From: Deltaproteobacteria bacterium GWC2_55_46
Lineage (GTDB): Bacteria; Desulfobacterota; GWC2-55-46
Assembly: GCA_001595385.3 (NCBI GenBank)
Contig: LVEI03000001.1
Location: 2,235,344 to 2,299,343 of the forward strand
DNA length: 64,000 nucleotides
Direction of reading: 5' to 3'
Position 1 is the stretch's first letter; each line of letters starts with the position of its first letter. The notes below the pieces were generated by a model, which made no database searches, had not been told where the DNA came from, and saw only the letters and a list, made by a program, of their open reading frames with translations. The position numbers were made by a program, and so were the translations under genes. Shown piece after piece: positions 1-8,529 of this stretch.

Positions 1-1
1 C

Positions 2-100
2 TCTGAGACCGATGTGGTCCGGCACCCGCTCGTGCAGAAGGTAGTAAAGGCCTTCGATCGGATAGAGCAGAAAAGAAAGTCCGCGGTAGAGGAGCCCTGA
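2..100 (+). CDS. PhoH-like ATPase, C-terminal fragment (gene starts upstream of the window)
   Basis: Frame 2 reads SETDVVRHPLVQKVVKAFDRIEQKRKSAVEEP then TGA at 98-100, which overlaps the next ATG (ATGA). The DVVRHPLV motif and the phoH-pgpH-ybeY synteny fit a PhoH/YbeZ C-terminus. Confidence 0.5.
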   Translation, partial: SETDVVRHPLVQKVVKAFDRIEQKRKSAVEEP

Positions 101-1806
101 TGTCTTCACAGGAGCAGGCCATTCCAAGGAAAAAGGATCCGTTCGGAGACTCAGCGAGAAAGTTGGGGCTGCTGCTTCTCATGGGCCTGCTAGCGACCGT
201 CCTCTATTTCCCTAACCTCACGTTCAGGGGATACGAGTACAGCCCCGGCGAGGTAGCCAGGACCGACGTGAAATCCCCGGTGGAGGCCGCAGGCCAGGAC
301 GTTATCGTAAGAAAGGGCGAGATAGTCGTCCGCGAAGGGCAGGTCGTAACAGCGAGCGAGATCAGGAAGCTCAAGGCCATCGAGTCCTCGGTCAGGCGGG
401 AGAGGTCAAGTCTTCCGGCGCTCGGTTTTTTTGCCCTGACGGCGGCCCTTATCTCGGCAAGCTATTACTTCTCCAAGAGGAATATACGGAAGTTCTCCTC
501 GTCCCCGAAAGACCTGCTCCTTATGGGAACGGTCCTCGCCGGCGTACTCGTGCTGCTTAATCTTTCAGATACCGCGGCCCTTGTGATGACCGACCTCTTC
601 CCCGGGTCATCCTCCGTTTACAGGTACATAGTGCCTGTGGCTGTAGGGCCGATGCTGGTGCGGCTCCTTCTGAACTCGGAGACCGCCTTTGTATTCGCCG
701 CCGTAAGTTCTGTCATAGCGGGCTATTTCGTCGGGGGCCTTGATATGGCGGCCTTTGCGCTAGCCGGCGGAATGGCTGGCGCGGCTGGGGTAAGACACTG
801 CACCCACAGGTCTATTGTGATCAAGGCCGGATTGCTGCTCGGGGCGGTTAACGCGGCTGTGCTCCTCTGCGTATTTTCCTTGAAGGGCACTCTTCTGGAC
901 TCGGCATTCCAGCTCGCGGCAACCGGGGTGCTCAACGGTGTCATCGCTTCGATACTCGCCATAGGGCTGGCACCGGTCCTTGAGGTGCTCTTCCAGTACA
1001 CTACCGATATCAGGCTCCTTGAGCTCTCCAGGATGGAGCACCCGCTTTTAAAAGAGCTGGCCATAAAGGCGCCGGGCACCTACCACCATTCGCTCGTCAT
1101 AGGCACCCTGGCCGAGGCTGCCGCGGAATCCATAAACGCGAACCCGCTGCTTGCCCGCGTCGGCGCGTATTACCACGATATCGGCAAGGTGAGGATGCCG
1201 CAGTACTTCATCGAGAATACCTCCGGCGAGAACAGGCATGACAAGCTAAGCCCCTCGATGAGCTCCCTCATACTCTCCAGCCACGTGAAGGAAGGGGTGG
1301 AGCTTGCCCGGAGGTACAGGCTGGGCTCGGAGATAACCGACATAGTGGGCCATCACCATGGCACCGCCCTTATTACCTATTTTTATCGGAAGGCAAAGGC
1401 CGAGGAAGGGGAACTTGAGGTGCGGGAGGGAGATTACCGCTACCCGGGACCCAAGCCGCAGACAAAGGAGGCGGGCATCGTAATGCTCGCGGACGCCATC
1501 GAGGCGGCGAGCAAGACGCTGCCAGATCCTACCCCAGACAGGGTACAGTGGCTTACTCAGAAGATAGTAAACAAGATATTCTCGGACGGCCAGCTTGACG
1601 AGTGCGAGCTTACGCTCAAGGACCTGCACGCCATTACAAGGAGCTTCAACCGTGTATTCGCCGGGATGTACCATCAGAGGATAGAGTATCCGGAGACGGT
1701 AGATATACTGAAGGAGAAGGATTTTGAAGGTCCTGGTCCAGGGAAAAAAGGGTCGGATAGCGATAAAAAAGATGGCAGAGGCCGCCTTAGAAGGCTTGGG
1801 GTTTGA
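100..1806 (+). CDS. pgpH: 7TM-HD membrane phosphohydrolase (PgpH-type, putative c-di-AMP phosphodiesterase)
   Basis: 568 aa. Central block of hydrophobic helices, then an HD domain (HHSLVIGTLAEAAAE ... YYHDIGK ... GHHHG). Sits between phoH and ybeY as in the Bacillus yqfF context. Confidence 0.85.
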   Translation: MSSQEQAIPRKKDPFGDSARKLGLLLLMGLLATVLYFPNLTFRGYEYSPGEVARTDVKSPVEAAGQDVIVRKGEIVVREGQVVTASEIRKLKAIESSVRRERSSLPALGFFALTAALISASYYFSKRNIRKFSSSPKDLLLMGTVLAGVLVLLNLSDTAALVMTDLFPGSSSVYRYIVPVAVGPMLVRLLLNSETAFVFAAVSSVIAGYFVGGLDMAAFALAGGMAGAAGVRHCTHRSIVIKAGLLLGAVNAAVLLCVFSLKGTLLDSAFQLAATGVLNGVIASILAIGLAPVLEVLFQYTTDIRLLELSRMEHPLLKELAIKAPGTYHHSLVIGTLAEAAAESINANPLLARVGAYYHDIGKVRMPQYFIENTSGENRHDKLSPSMSSLILSSHVKEGVELARRYRLGSEITDIVGHHHGTALITYFYRKAKAEEGELEVREGDYRYPGPKPQTKEAGIVMLADAIEAASKTLPDPTPDRVQWLTQKIVNKIFSDGQLDECELTLKDLHAITRSFNRVFAGMYHQRIEYPETVDILKEKDFEGPGPGKKGSDSDKKDGRGRLRRLGV

Positions 1807-2137
1807 CGACTGCGAGCTCTCAGTGCTCCTTACCGATGATAAGGGGATAAGGGAACTAAACAGCGAGTACAGGGGCAAGGACAAACCCACTGACGTATTG
1901 AGCTTCCCCATGGGCGACCCCTATATGCTGGGCGACGTCGTGATATCGATGGAGAGGGCAAGGGCGCAGGCGGTCGAATTCGGCGTAAGCGAGGGCGAGG
2001 AGCTTGCCAGGCTCATGGTGCACGGGATATTGCACCTGCTGGGCCACGACCATGTAAAGGGCGGGCGTCAGGCCAGTAAAATGAAAGAGAGCGAAAAGGC
2101 GCTTCTTGGGCTCTTAAAGGAAAAGGGGTTGGTCTGA
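1724..2137 (+). CDS. ybeY: Endoribonuclease YbeY (rRNA maturation factor)
   Basis: 137 aa with TDVLSFPM and the zinc motif HGILHLLGHDH. Overlaps the pgpH 3' end by 83 nt in another frame. Confidence 0.9.
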   Translation: MKVLVQGKKGRIAIKKMAEAALEGLGFDDCELSVLLTDDKGIRELNSEYRGKDKPTDVLSFPMGDPYMLGDVVISMERARAQAVEFGVSEGEELARLMVHGILHLLGHDHVKGGRQASKMKESEKALLGLLKEKGLV

Positions 2138-2142
2138 AAGGG

Positions 2143-2658
2143 ATGTCGATCCGGAGTGATTTCAGGAAGTACCTAATAAAGGCGTTTGAGATAGTAAAGC
2201 TTAAAGGGGAGGCGGCCAGTGAAGCCGCCTCTGATGAAGCGGCCCTTCTACCGGGCATAGCGGTACTGGCCATAGGCGGCCTGGCCGTCGCCATAGGAGC
2301 GGTATTGCAGGGTGGCGCCGGGTCGCCCATTGAGGCCCTCTTCCTCTTCATTTTCGCCCCGGTGCTCAATGTGCTCCTTTTCTCGCTTTTTATCGCGGTC
2401 TTCCATACGGTCGCGAGGCTCTTCGGGGGCAAGGCCTCCTTCCAGTCGTATTACAGGGCCGCGGCCCTGGCCTCTATCGTAAGCTGGACACAGGCCATAC
2501 CAGTTGTAGGCACCTACTTGAGCGTCTGGAGCATACCGGTGAACGTCGTCGTCCTGGAGAGCGTCCACAAACTTCGGCGCCTTGAGGCTGCCGCGGTCAT
2601 AGCGCTCATGATGGCCTCGTCGGTGTCGCTGCTTTATTACGCGGGCTTCCTGGGCTAA
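2143..2658 (+). CDS. Yip1-like integral membrane protein (hypothetical)
   Basis: 171 aa, about four or five hydrophobic helices, host-like codon usage, tightly packed between ybeY and dgkA. The family call is only a resemblance. Confidence 0.5.
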   Translation: MSIRSDFRKYLIKAFEIVKLKGEAASEAASDEAALLPGIAVLAIGGLAVAIGAVLQGGAGSPIEALFLFIFAPVLNVLLFSLFIAVFHTVARLFGGKASFQSYYRAAALASIVSWTQAIPVVGTYLSVWSIPVNVVVLESVHKLRRLEAAAVIALMMASSVSLLYYAGFLG

Positions 2659-2667
2659 AAAGGTAGC

Positions 2668-3396
2668 ATGGAGAACGGAGAAGTAAGAAAACCGAGGAAC
2701 TGGTTCGAAAGCCTGAACTACGCCATTGAGGGCGTTATCTACGCCTTCAAGACGCAGCGGCACATAAGATACCATTACGTGATCGCCGCCGCCGCGCTCC
2801 TTCTAAGCCTCTTTCTCGAACTCCCGATGGTCGAGTTCGTTCTTTTCGCGATGTCGATTATAATACTCCTTTTCGCTGAGATGATGAACACGGCCGTGGA
2901 AGAGGCCGTTAACCTCGTCGAGGAGAAGCATAATATGATTGCCAAGAACGCGAAAGACGTATCGGCAGGGGCTGTCCTTATAGCATCGGTGGGCGTGGCC
3001 CTCATGCTATACATGATATTTAACAAGTATATCTATGAGCCGATGGGCGTTGCCCTGAGAGAGGCCAGGACGCTCTCAGGCCACATCGCGATCATCTCGC
3101 TCCTCCTCGTCCTTATCGCGGTCGTCACCTTCAAGGCGACTATAGGCAGGGGCAGGCCCCTTCACGGCGGCATGCCGAGCGGACACGCTGCTGTGGCCTT
3201 CTCGATATTTACGAGCATAAGCCTTCTGAGCCTCGACCCCCTCGTTGTCATGCTCTCTTTCGCGCTTGCCGTCATGGTGAGCCACTCAAGGCTCCTGGGC
3301 GGCATACATACCCGGCTTGAGATATTCCTCGGCGGGCTCCTCGGTTTCGGACTTACCTTTTTTGTCTTCCGCATATTCTTCCTGACGCTGAAATGA
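2668..3396 (+). CDS. dgkA: Fusion protein: DgkA-type lipid (diacylglycerol/undecaprenol) kinase plus PAP2 acid phosphatase domain
   Basis: The N-terminal half has DgkA signatures (NWFESLNYAIEGVIYAFKTQRHIR ... EMMNTAVEEAVN). The C-terminal half has PAP2 motifs (PSGHAAVAFS ... SHSRLLGGIHT). Confidence 0.8.
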   Translation: MENGEVRKPRNWFESLNYAIEGVIYAFKTQRHIRYHYVIAAAALLLSLFLELPMVEFVLFAMSIIILLFAEMMNTAVEEAVNLVEEKHNMIAKNAKDVSAGAVLIASVGVALMLYMIFNKYIYEPMGVALREARTLSGHIAIISLLLVLIAVVTFKATIGRGRPLHGGMPSGHAAVAFSIFTSISLLSLDPLVVMLSFALAVMVSHSRLLGGIHTRLEIFLGGLLGFGLTFFVFRIFFLTLK

Positions 3397-4916
3397 GACC
3401 GCTTGCCCTCGCGCTGATATCAGGCATATCGCTTGTCTTCGCCTTCCCGCCTTTTGGGCTGGGGGCCCTGGCGTGGTTTACCTTCATCCCGCTCATTCTG
3501 GCCCTCGAAGGGCAGGGAAAGCTCAAGGGCTTCCTTCTCGGAATAGCCTCCGGGGCCGCCTTCTCCCTTGGCGCGGTCTACTGGGTAGTGCATTCGATGA
3601 GCAACTACGGAGGGGTGCCTGTGTACGCGAGCATCGCCGTGATGCTCCTGCTCGTGATCTACCTGAGCCTCTATTGGGGCGTATTCGGCCTTGTCTACAC
3701 CCTTGCCTCTCCGATGGAGAGGACCGCCAAGCTTCTCATAGCCCCGGCTGTATGGGTGGCGCTCGAATACATGCGGGGCTATCTGCTCACAGGATTCCCA
3801 TGGGTGCTTGTGGGCTATACGCAATCTGATTATCTGCCCCTTATCCAGGTGGCGGACACGACCGGGGTATGGGGCGTATCCTTCGCGGTTATCGCTTTCA
3901 ATACGGCCGCGTCCTTTGCCGCCTCCTATCTTCTCCGCAGGGAGGGCAGGGCCCCTGTGCTGCCCCTGGCCATCGCCGCCGCCCTGGTCGCGACGATCGC
4001 CTCTTACGGCTTCGTCAGAATGAAGGCCGTCGACAGGGATGTCGAGAGGTGGAGCGGTATAAAGGTCGGGGTCGCGCAGGGCTCGATAGACCAGGCCGTG
4101 AAATGGGACGGGCGATACCAGGATAGCACTATCGACATCTATACTGCCTTGACCGCTGAGGCATCGGATGCCATGGCCAGGCTTGTCATATGGCCTGAGA
4201 CGGCGATACCCTTCTATTATGAACCTGGCAAGGTCAAGGATGGCCCCGTTGGCGAGATAGCGAGAAAGTCAGGTTCATATATATTGACCGGGAGCCCCTC
4301 TTATACTTATAATCCGGTCTCGAACGAGGCCAGGTATTTCAATAGCGCGTATCTCCTCAACCCCCTGGGAGATACGGTCGGCAAGTACGACAAGTTTCAC
4401 CTGGTGCCTTTCGGCGAGTATGTGCCGCTTCGGGGCATGCTGCCTTTTGAGAAGCTTACCGCTGGAATAGGGGACTTTGACGAAGGCTCGGGGCCCGTGC
4501 CCATCCCTTTCGAGGGGGGCGGCATCGGGACGCTCGTATGTTTCGAGTCCATCTTCCCGGAGATATCTCGCGGTCACGTAAGAGGCGGGGCCACGGTGCT
4601 CGCCAACCTTACTAATGACGCGTGGTTCGGATATACCTCAGCACCGTACCAGCATTTTCAGATGTCTGTTTTCAGGGCCGTTGAGAACAAGTCATTCCTG
4701 GTGCGCGCGGCCAATACCGGCATAAGCGCCGTGATAGACCCGAACGGCAGGGTAAGAAAAAAGACCGGGCTTTTCGAGAGGACGATGATAGTCGATGAGG
4801 TGCGCATGCGCCAGGGCGCGCTTACGTTTTATACGATGTATGGTGACCTCTTCGCGTTGGGATGCTCGGTCATAGCCGCGGTATTCGTCGGCACAAGACT
4901 TAAAAGGAGAAGATAA
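3393..4916 (+). CDS. lnt: Apolipoprotein N-acyltransferase
   Basis: 507 aa. N-terminal multi-TM region plus a C-terminal nitrilase/CN-hydrolase domain (VIWPETA ... VCFES ... NDAWFG). ATGA overlap with the upstream gene. Confidence 0.9.
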   Translation: MRPLALALISGISLVFAFPPFGLGALAWFTFIPLILALEGQGKLKGFLLGIASGAAFSLGAVYWVVHSMSNYGGVPVYASIAVMLLLVIYLSLYWGVFGLVYTLASPMERTAKLLIAPAVWVALEYMRGYLLTGFPWVLVGYTQSDYLPLIQVADTTGVWGVSFAVIAFNTAASFAASYLLRREGRAPVLPLAIAAALVATIASYGFVRMKAVDRDVERWSGIKVGVAQGSIDQAVKWDGRYQDSTIDIYTALTAEASDAMARLVIWPETAIPFYYEPGKVKDGPVGEIARKSGSYILTGSPSYTYNPVSNEARYFNSAYLLNPLGDTVGKYDKFHLVPFGEYVPLRGMLPFEKLTAGIGDFDEGSGPVPIPFEGGGIGTLVCFESIFPEISRGHVRGGATVLANLTNDAWFGYTSAPYQHFQMSVFRAVENKSFLVRAANTGISAVIDPNGRVRKKTGLFERTMIVDEVRMRQGALTFYTMYGDLFALGCSVIAAVFVGTRLKRRR

Positions 4917-4919
4917 GGG

Positions 4920-6030
4920 ATGTTCGAGGAGCTAAAAGAAGAACTTCAGGCGGTCAAGGGAAAATTCGAGGACCTAAGGAGCTTTCTTTGACCAGGCTGC
5001 CAAGGTAGACGAACTTGACGAGATAGATGCGAGGCTCTCCGACCCCACGGTCTGGTCAGACCAGGAGGAGGCGCAGAAGCTCACCAGGAGAAAGGCGGAG
5101 CTCACCTCTGGCATGGGCAGCATCGGCAGGATCGGCTCCCTTGTCGAGGACGCCGAGGTGCTACTTGAGCTCGCTGACGAGGCGCATGACGAGGCCGTCT
5201 CCAAAGAGGCTGGAGAAAAGCTCAAGGAGGCGAGGGCGGCCATCCGCAAGGCGGAGATACAGAGGATGCTCTCCGGGGAGCACGACCGCTCGAACGCCAT
5301 AGTCTCCATCCATCCAGGTGCAGGCGGCACCGAGGCGCAGGACTGGGCCGACATACTGCTGCGCATGTACCTCAGGTGGGCCGAGTCGAGGGGCTATAAG
5401 GCCGAGGTGGTCGATTTCCAGCCAGGGGACGAGGCCGGGGTCAAAAGCGTCACATTCACGCTCTCCGGCGAGTACGCTTACGGGTACATGAAGGCTGAGG
5501 GTGGCGTGCACAGGCTCGTGAGGATCTCACCTTTCGACGCCAACAAGCGAAGGCATACCTCCTTTGCCTCTGTCTTCGTATATCCGGAGATAGAAGAGGA
5601 CGTCGAGGTCGACATAAACGATGTCGACCTGAGGGTCGATACATTCCGGGCGAGCGGCGCAGGCGGCCAGCACGTCAACAAGACCGATTCGGCGGTGAGG
5701 ATAACCCACATGCCGACCGGCATCGTGGTCCAGTGCCAGAACGAGAGGAGCCAGCATAAGAACAGGGCCTTTGCGATGAAGCTCCTCCGGGCCCGCCTCT
5801 ACGAGCTAAAGCTCAAGGAGCAGGAGGCCAAGATGCAGGAGTTCGCTAAGGATAAGCGCGAGATAGCCTGGGGAAGCCAGATAAGGTCTTATGTGATGCA
5901 GCCGTATAGGCTGATAAAAGACCACAGGACGGGCTTTGAGGTGGGCAACATCGACCCGGTGCTCGACGGAGACCTCGATCAGTTCATAGAGGCTTATTTG
6001 CAGATGCTTTCAGGGGTGGGCGCGAAATAA
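4920..6030 (+). CDS. prfB: Peptide chain release factor 2, requires programmed +1 frameshift
   Basis: Frame 0 runs from ATG 4920 (MFEELKEELQAVKGKFEDLRSFL) to an in-frame TGA at 4989-4991, within CTT TGA C (4986-4992). An SD-like AGGAG lies at 4977-4981. The +1 frame from 4990 joins the long ORF carrying SPF and GGQ motifs. Confidence 0.9.
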
Positions 6031-6153
6031 CCCGGAGTTCTTCGGCAATCTGTTAAAGCCGGGCCTCCTTGGGACTTATAAAAAAACCGGCAGGTTTTTG
6101 AAACAGGTGTTATAATAAATAATCTCTTCTGAAAGAGGATGGGAGCCGGATGC

Positions 6154-6187
6154 AGGCCGGATTGCGAGCGATTCGGCCTGTTTGTTG
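6154..6187 (+). terminator. Possible intrinsic terminator downstream of prfB
   Basis: Stem AGGCCGGA / TTCGGCCT (one G-U) with a 10-nt loop, followed by GTTTGTTG. It lies about 124 nt after the stop, so the assignment is tentative. Confidence 0.4.
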
Positions 6188-6210
6188 CCGCCCTGCCGCT
6201 AAAAAAGCCC

Positions 6211-6239
6211 TTGACAAAGTAGAGACAGTGCTTTATATA
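6211..6239 (+). promoter_or_regulatory. Sigma70-like promoter for the tRNA-tuf cluster
   Basis: TTGACA (6211-6216), 17-nt spacer, TATATA (6234-6239). Lies 76 nt upstream of the first tRNA. Confidence 0.5.
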
Positions 6240-6314
6240 TTTATATTCAGTTTCCGCCGTCCAGGACAGGTGGGGTCTGCCGTTTTTCTATTTTCGCGTT
6301 TTTCCAGTATTTAC

Positions 6315-6389
6315 GCTGGCGTAGCTCAACGGTAGAGCAGCTGATTTGTAATCAGCAGGTTGCGGGTTCGAATCCCATCGCCAGCTCCA
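6315..6389 (+). tRNA. tRNA-Thr (anticodon UGU), CCA encoded
   Basis: Cloverleaf read by hand. Acceptor GCTGGCG/CGCCAGC, anticodon arm GCTGA-TTTGTAA-TCAGC, T-loop TTCGAAT. One C-A mismatch in the T stem. Confidence 0.85.
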
Positions 6390-6430
6390 GCTGATTCGGT
6401 GTGCTAACCAGCAACTATGTCCGGGGCAAC

Positions 6431-6456
6431 GTGGGGACCATTCCCCGCATGTTTTT
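6431..6456 (+). terminator. Terminator-like hairpin inside the tRNA cluster spacer
   Basis: Stem GTGGGGA/TCCCCGC with a 4-nt loop, then ATG and TTTTT (6452-6456). Confidence 0.3.
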
Positions 6457-6605
6457 CGATCTCCCGGAGCTTTGCTTCCGGTCCTTGACATGCATGTCGG
6501 GACAGGCGTGCGAAGACAGAAGTTTGCTTTTTGAAGATTCCCCGCGGGGATTAAAAGCCTGAGCCGTTTTATAAAGACGGATCAAGGGTTTAAAAAGCTT
6601 GGCAC

Positions 6606-6690
6606 GGAGGGGTTCCCGAGCGGCCAAAGGGGGCAGACTGTAAATCTGCTGGCTCAGCCTTCGGAGGTTCGAATCCTCCCCTCTCCACCA
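6606..6690 (+). tRNA. tRNA-Tyr (anticodon GUA), long variable arm, CCA encoded
   Basis: Acceptor GGAGGGG/CCTCTCC (one G-U), anticodon arm GCAGA-CTGTAAA-TCTGC, T arm GGAGG-TTCGAAT-CCTCC. Confidence 0.95.
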
Positions 6691-6707
6691 TTATATCAGG
6701 AAATCCC

Positions 6708-6781
6708 GCGGGTGTAGTTCAATGGTAGAACTCCAGCCTTCCAAGCTGGATGCGTGGGTTCGATTCCCATCACCCGCTCCA
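6708..6781 (+). tRNA. tRNA-Gly (anticodon UCC), CCA encoded
   Basis: Acceptor GCGGGTG/CACCCGC, anticodon arm CCAGC-CTTCCAA-GCTGG, T-loop TTCGATT. Confidence 0.95.
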
Positions 6782-6834
6782 TTTCCACATAGTAGGGGGT
6801 TGCGCGAAGCGCAACAGGGAAGATAAAGGCAAAC

Positions 6835-6910
<76 letters not shown>

Positions 6911-6953
6911 GTTCAAAACATCAAAGAATAAAATATATTGCCGGGAGGAGAAA

Positions 6954-8153
6954 ATGGGCAAGGCTAAATTCGAGAGGGGAAAGGCTCACCTGAACGTAGG
7001 CACGATAGGCCACGTTGACCACGGGAAGACCTCGCTAACCGCGGCTATAACCAAGGTCCTGAGCTCGAAGGGATACGCCGAGTTCCTGGCATACGAGAAT
7101 ATAGACAAGGCGCCTGAGGAGAGGGAGAGGGGTGTAACGATCTCCATATCCCACGTTGAGTATCAGACCGACAAGAGGCATTACGCCCACATCGACTGTC
7201 CTGGCCATGCCGACTACATAAAGAACATGATAACTGGCGCCGCGCAGATGGACGGCGCGATACTGGTTGTTTCCGCCGCCGACGGCCCGATGCCCCAGAC
7301 AAGGGAGCACATCCTCTTGGCCCGCCAGGTCGGCGTGCCCTATGTGGTGGTCTTCCTCAACAAGGTCGACATGGTCGACGACAAGGAGCTTCTGGACCTC
7401 GTTGAGCTTGAGGTGAGGGAGCTTCTTAACCAGTACAAGTTCCCCGGGGACGATATCCCTGTGATAAAGGGCAGCGCTCTCAAGATACTTGAGTGCGGCT
7501 GCGGCAAGAAGGAGTGCGAGTGGTGCGGTGCTGTACACCAGCTTACCGATACGCTCGACACCTACATCCCCGATCCCAAGAGGGAGATAGACAAGCCGTT
7601 CCTTATGCCGGTTGAGGACGTCTTTTCGATATCAGGCCGCGGCACGGTTGTGACCGGCAGGGTCGAGAGGGGCGTTGTCAAGGTCGGCGAGGAGATAGAG
7701 ATAATAGGGCTTCGTGCCACTCAGAAGACCATCGTGACGGGTGTTGAGATGTTCAGGAAGCTTCTGGACGAGGGCAGGGCCGGAGACAACATCGGCGCCC
7801 TCTTGAGGGGCACCAAGAAGGAAGACGTTGAGAGGGGTCAGGTCCTTGCGAAGCCGGGTTCAGTGACCCCGCACACGAAGTTCAAGGGCGAGGTCTATAT
7901 CCTCACGAAGGAAGAGGGCGGCCGCCACACCCCGTTCTTCAACGGCTACAGGCCTCAGTTCTACTTCAGGACTACCGACGTTACCGGGATAGCGAAGCTT
8001 CCCGAGGGTGTTGAGATGGTCATGCCCGGAGACAACGTTAACATAGACGTAGAGCTTATAAACCCGATAGCCATGGAAGAGGGCTTGAGGTTCGCCATCC
8101 GCGAGGGCGGCAGGACCGTCGGCGCGGGTGTTGTTACAAAGATACTTGAGTAA
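6954..8153 (+). CDS. tuf: Elongation factor Tu (copy 1, tufB-like context after four tRNAs)
   Basis: 399 aa with [13 protein letters not shown] and NKVD GTPase motifs. Carries a [11 protein letters not shown] insertion in domain I. Confidence 0.98.
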   Translation: MGKAKFERGKAHLNVGTIGHVDHGKTSLTAAITKVLSSKGYAEFLAYENIDKAPEERERGVTISISHVEYQTDKRHYAHIDCPGHADYIKNMITGAAQMDGAILVVSAADGPMPQTREHILLARQVGVPYVVVFLNKVDMVDDKELLDLVELEVRELLNQYKFPGDDIPVIKGSALKILECGCGKKECEWCGAVHQLTDTLDTYIPDPKREIDKPFLMPVEDVFSISGRGTVVTGRVERGVVKVGEEIEIIGLRATQKTIVTGVEMFRKLLDEGRAGDNIGALLRGTKKEDVERGQVLAKPGSVTPHTKFKGEVYILTKEEGGRHTPFFNGYRPQFYFRTTDVTGIAKLPEGVEMVMPGDNVNIDVELINPIAMEEGLRFAIREGGRTVGAGVVTKILE

Positions 8154-8185
8154 AGCGGGGCTCCCGCGGAGGATAAGAGGATAAG

Positions 8186-8335
8186 ATGAGGGACATAATC
8201 ACTCTCGCCTGCACCGAATGCAAGCGCAGAAACTATTCGACTACAAAAAACAAGAAGACCACGCCTGACAGGCTTGAGCTCAAGAAGTACTGCAAGTTCT
8301 GTCAGAAGCACATGGTGCACAGGGAAACCAAGTAA
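8186..8335 (+). CDS. rpmG: 50S ribosomal protein L33 (Cys4 zinc form)
   Basis: 49-aa ORF absent from the track: [49 protein letters not shown]. Conserved tuf-rpmG-tRNA-Trp-secE context. Confidence 0.9.
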   Translation: MRDIITLACTECKRRNYSTTKNKKTTPDRLELKKYCKFCQKHMVHRETK

Positions 8336-8342
8336 GCGTCCA

Positions 8343-8376
8343 AGGCCCGGTCAAACGGGCCTGTATCGCTTTTGTT
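8343..8376 (+). terminator. Possible terminator after rpmG
   Basis: 7-bp stem AGGCCCG/CGGGCCT with a 6-nt loop. A T-rich tract (CTTTTGTT) follows after a short gap. Confidence 0.4.
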
Positions 8377-8411
8377 CCCAGGCATTTTCCGGACTTGAAA
8401 GGCAGAGCCAC

Positions 8412-8487
8412 AGGGCAGTAGCTCCAACGGTAGAGCGGCGGTCTCCAAAACCGCATGTTGGGGGTTCGAATCCCTCCTGCCCTGCCA
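8412..8487 (+). tRNA. tRNA-Trp (anticodon CCA), CCA end encoded
   Basis: Acceptor AGGGCAG/CTGCCCT, anticodon arm GCGGT-CTCCAAA-ACCGC, T arm GGGGG-TTCGAAT-CCCTC. Confidence 0.95.
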
Positions 8488-8529
8488 TTTTTTGTCCGGT
8501 AGTGAAGGAAGGCTGGTCAGACCGGAACT

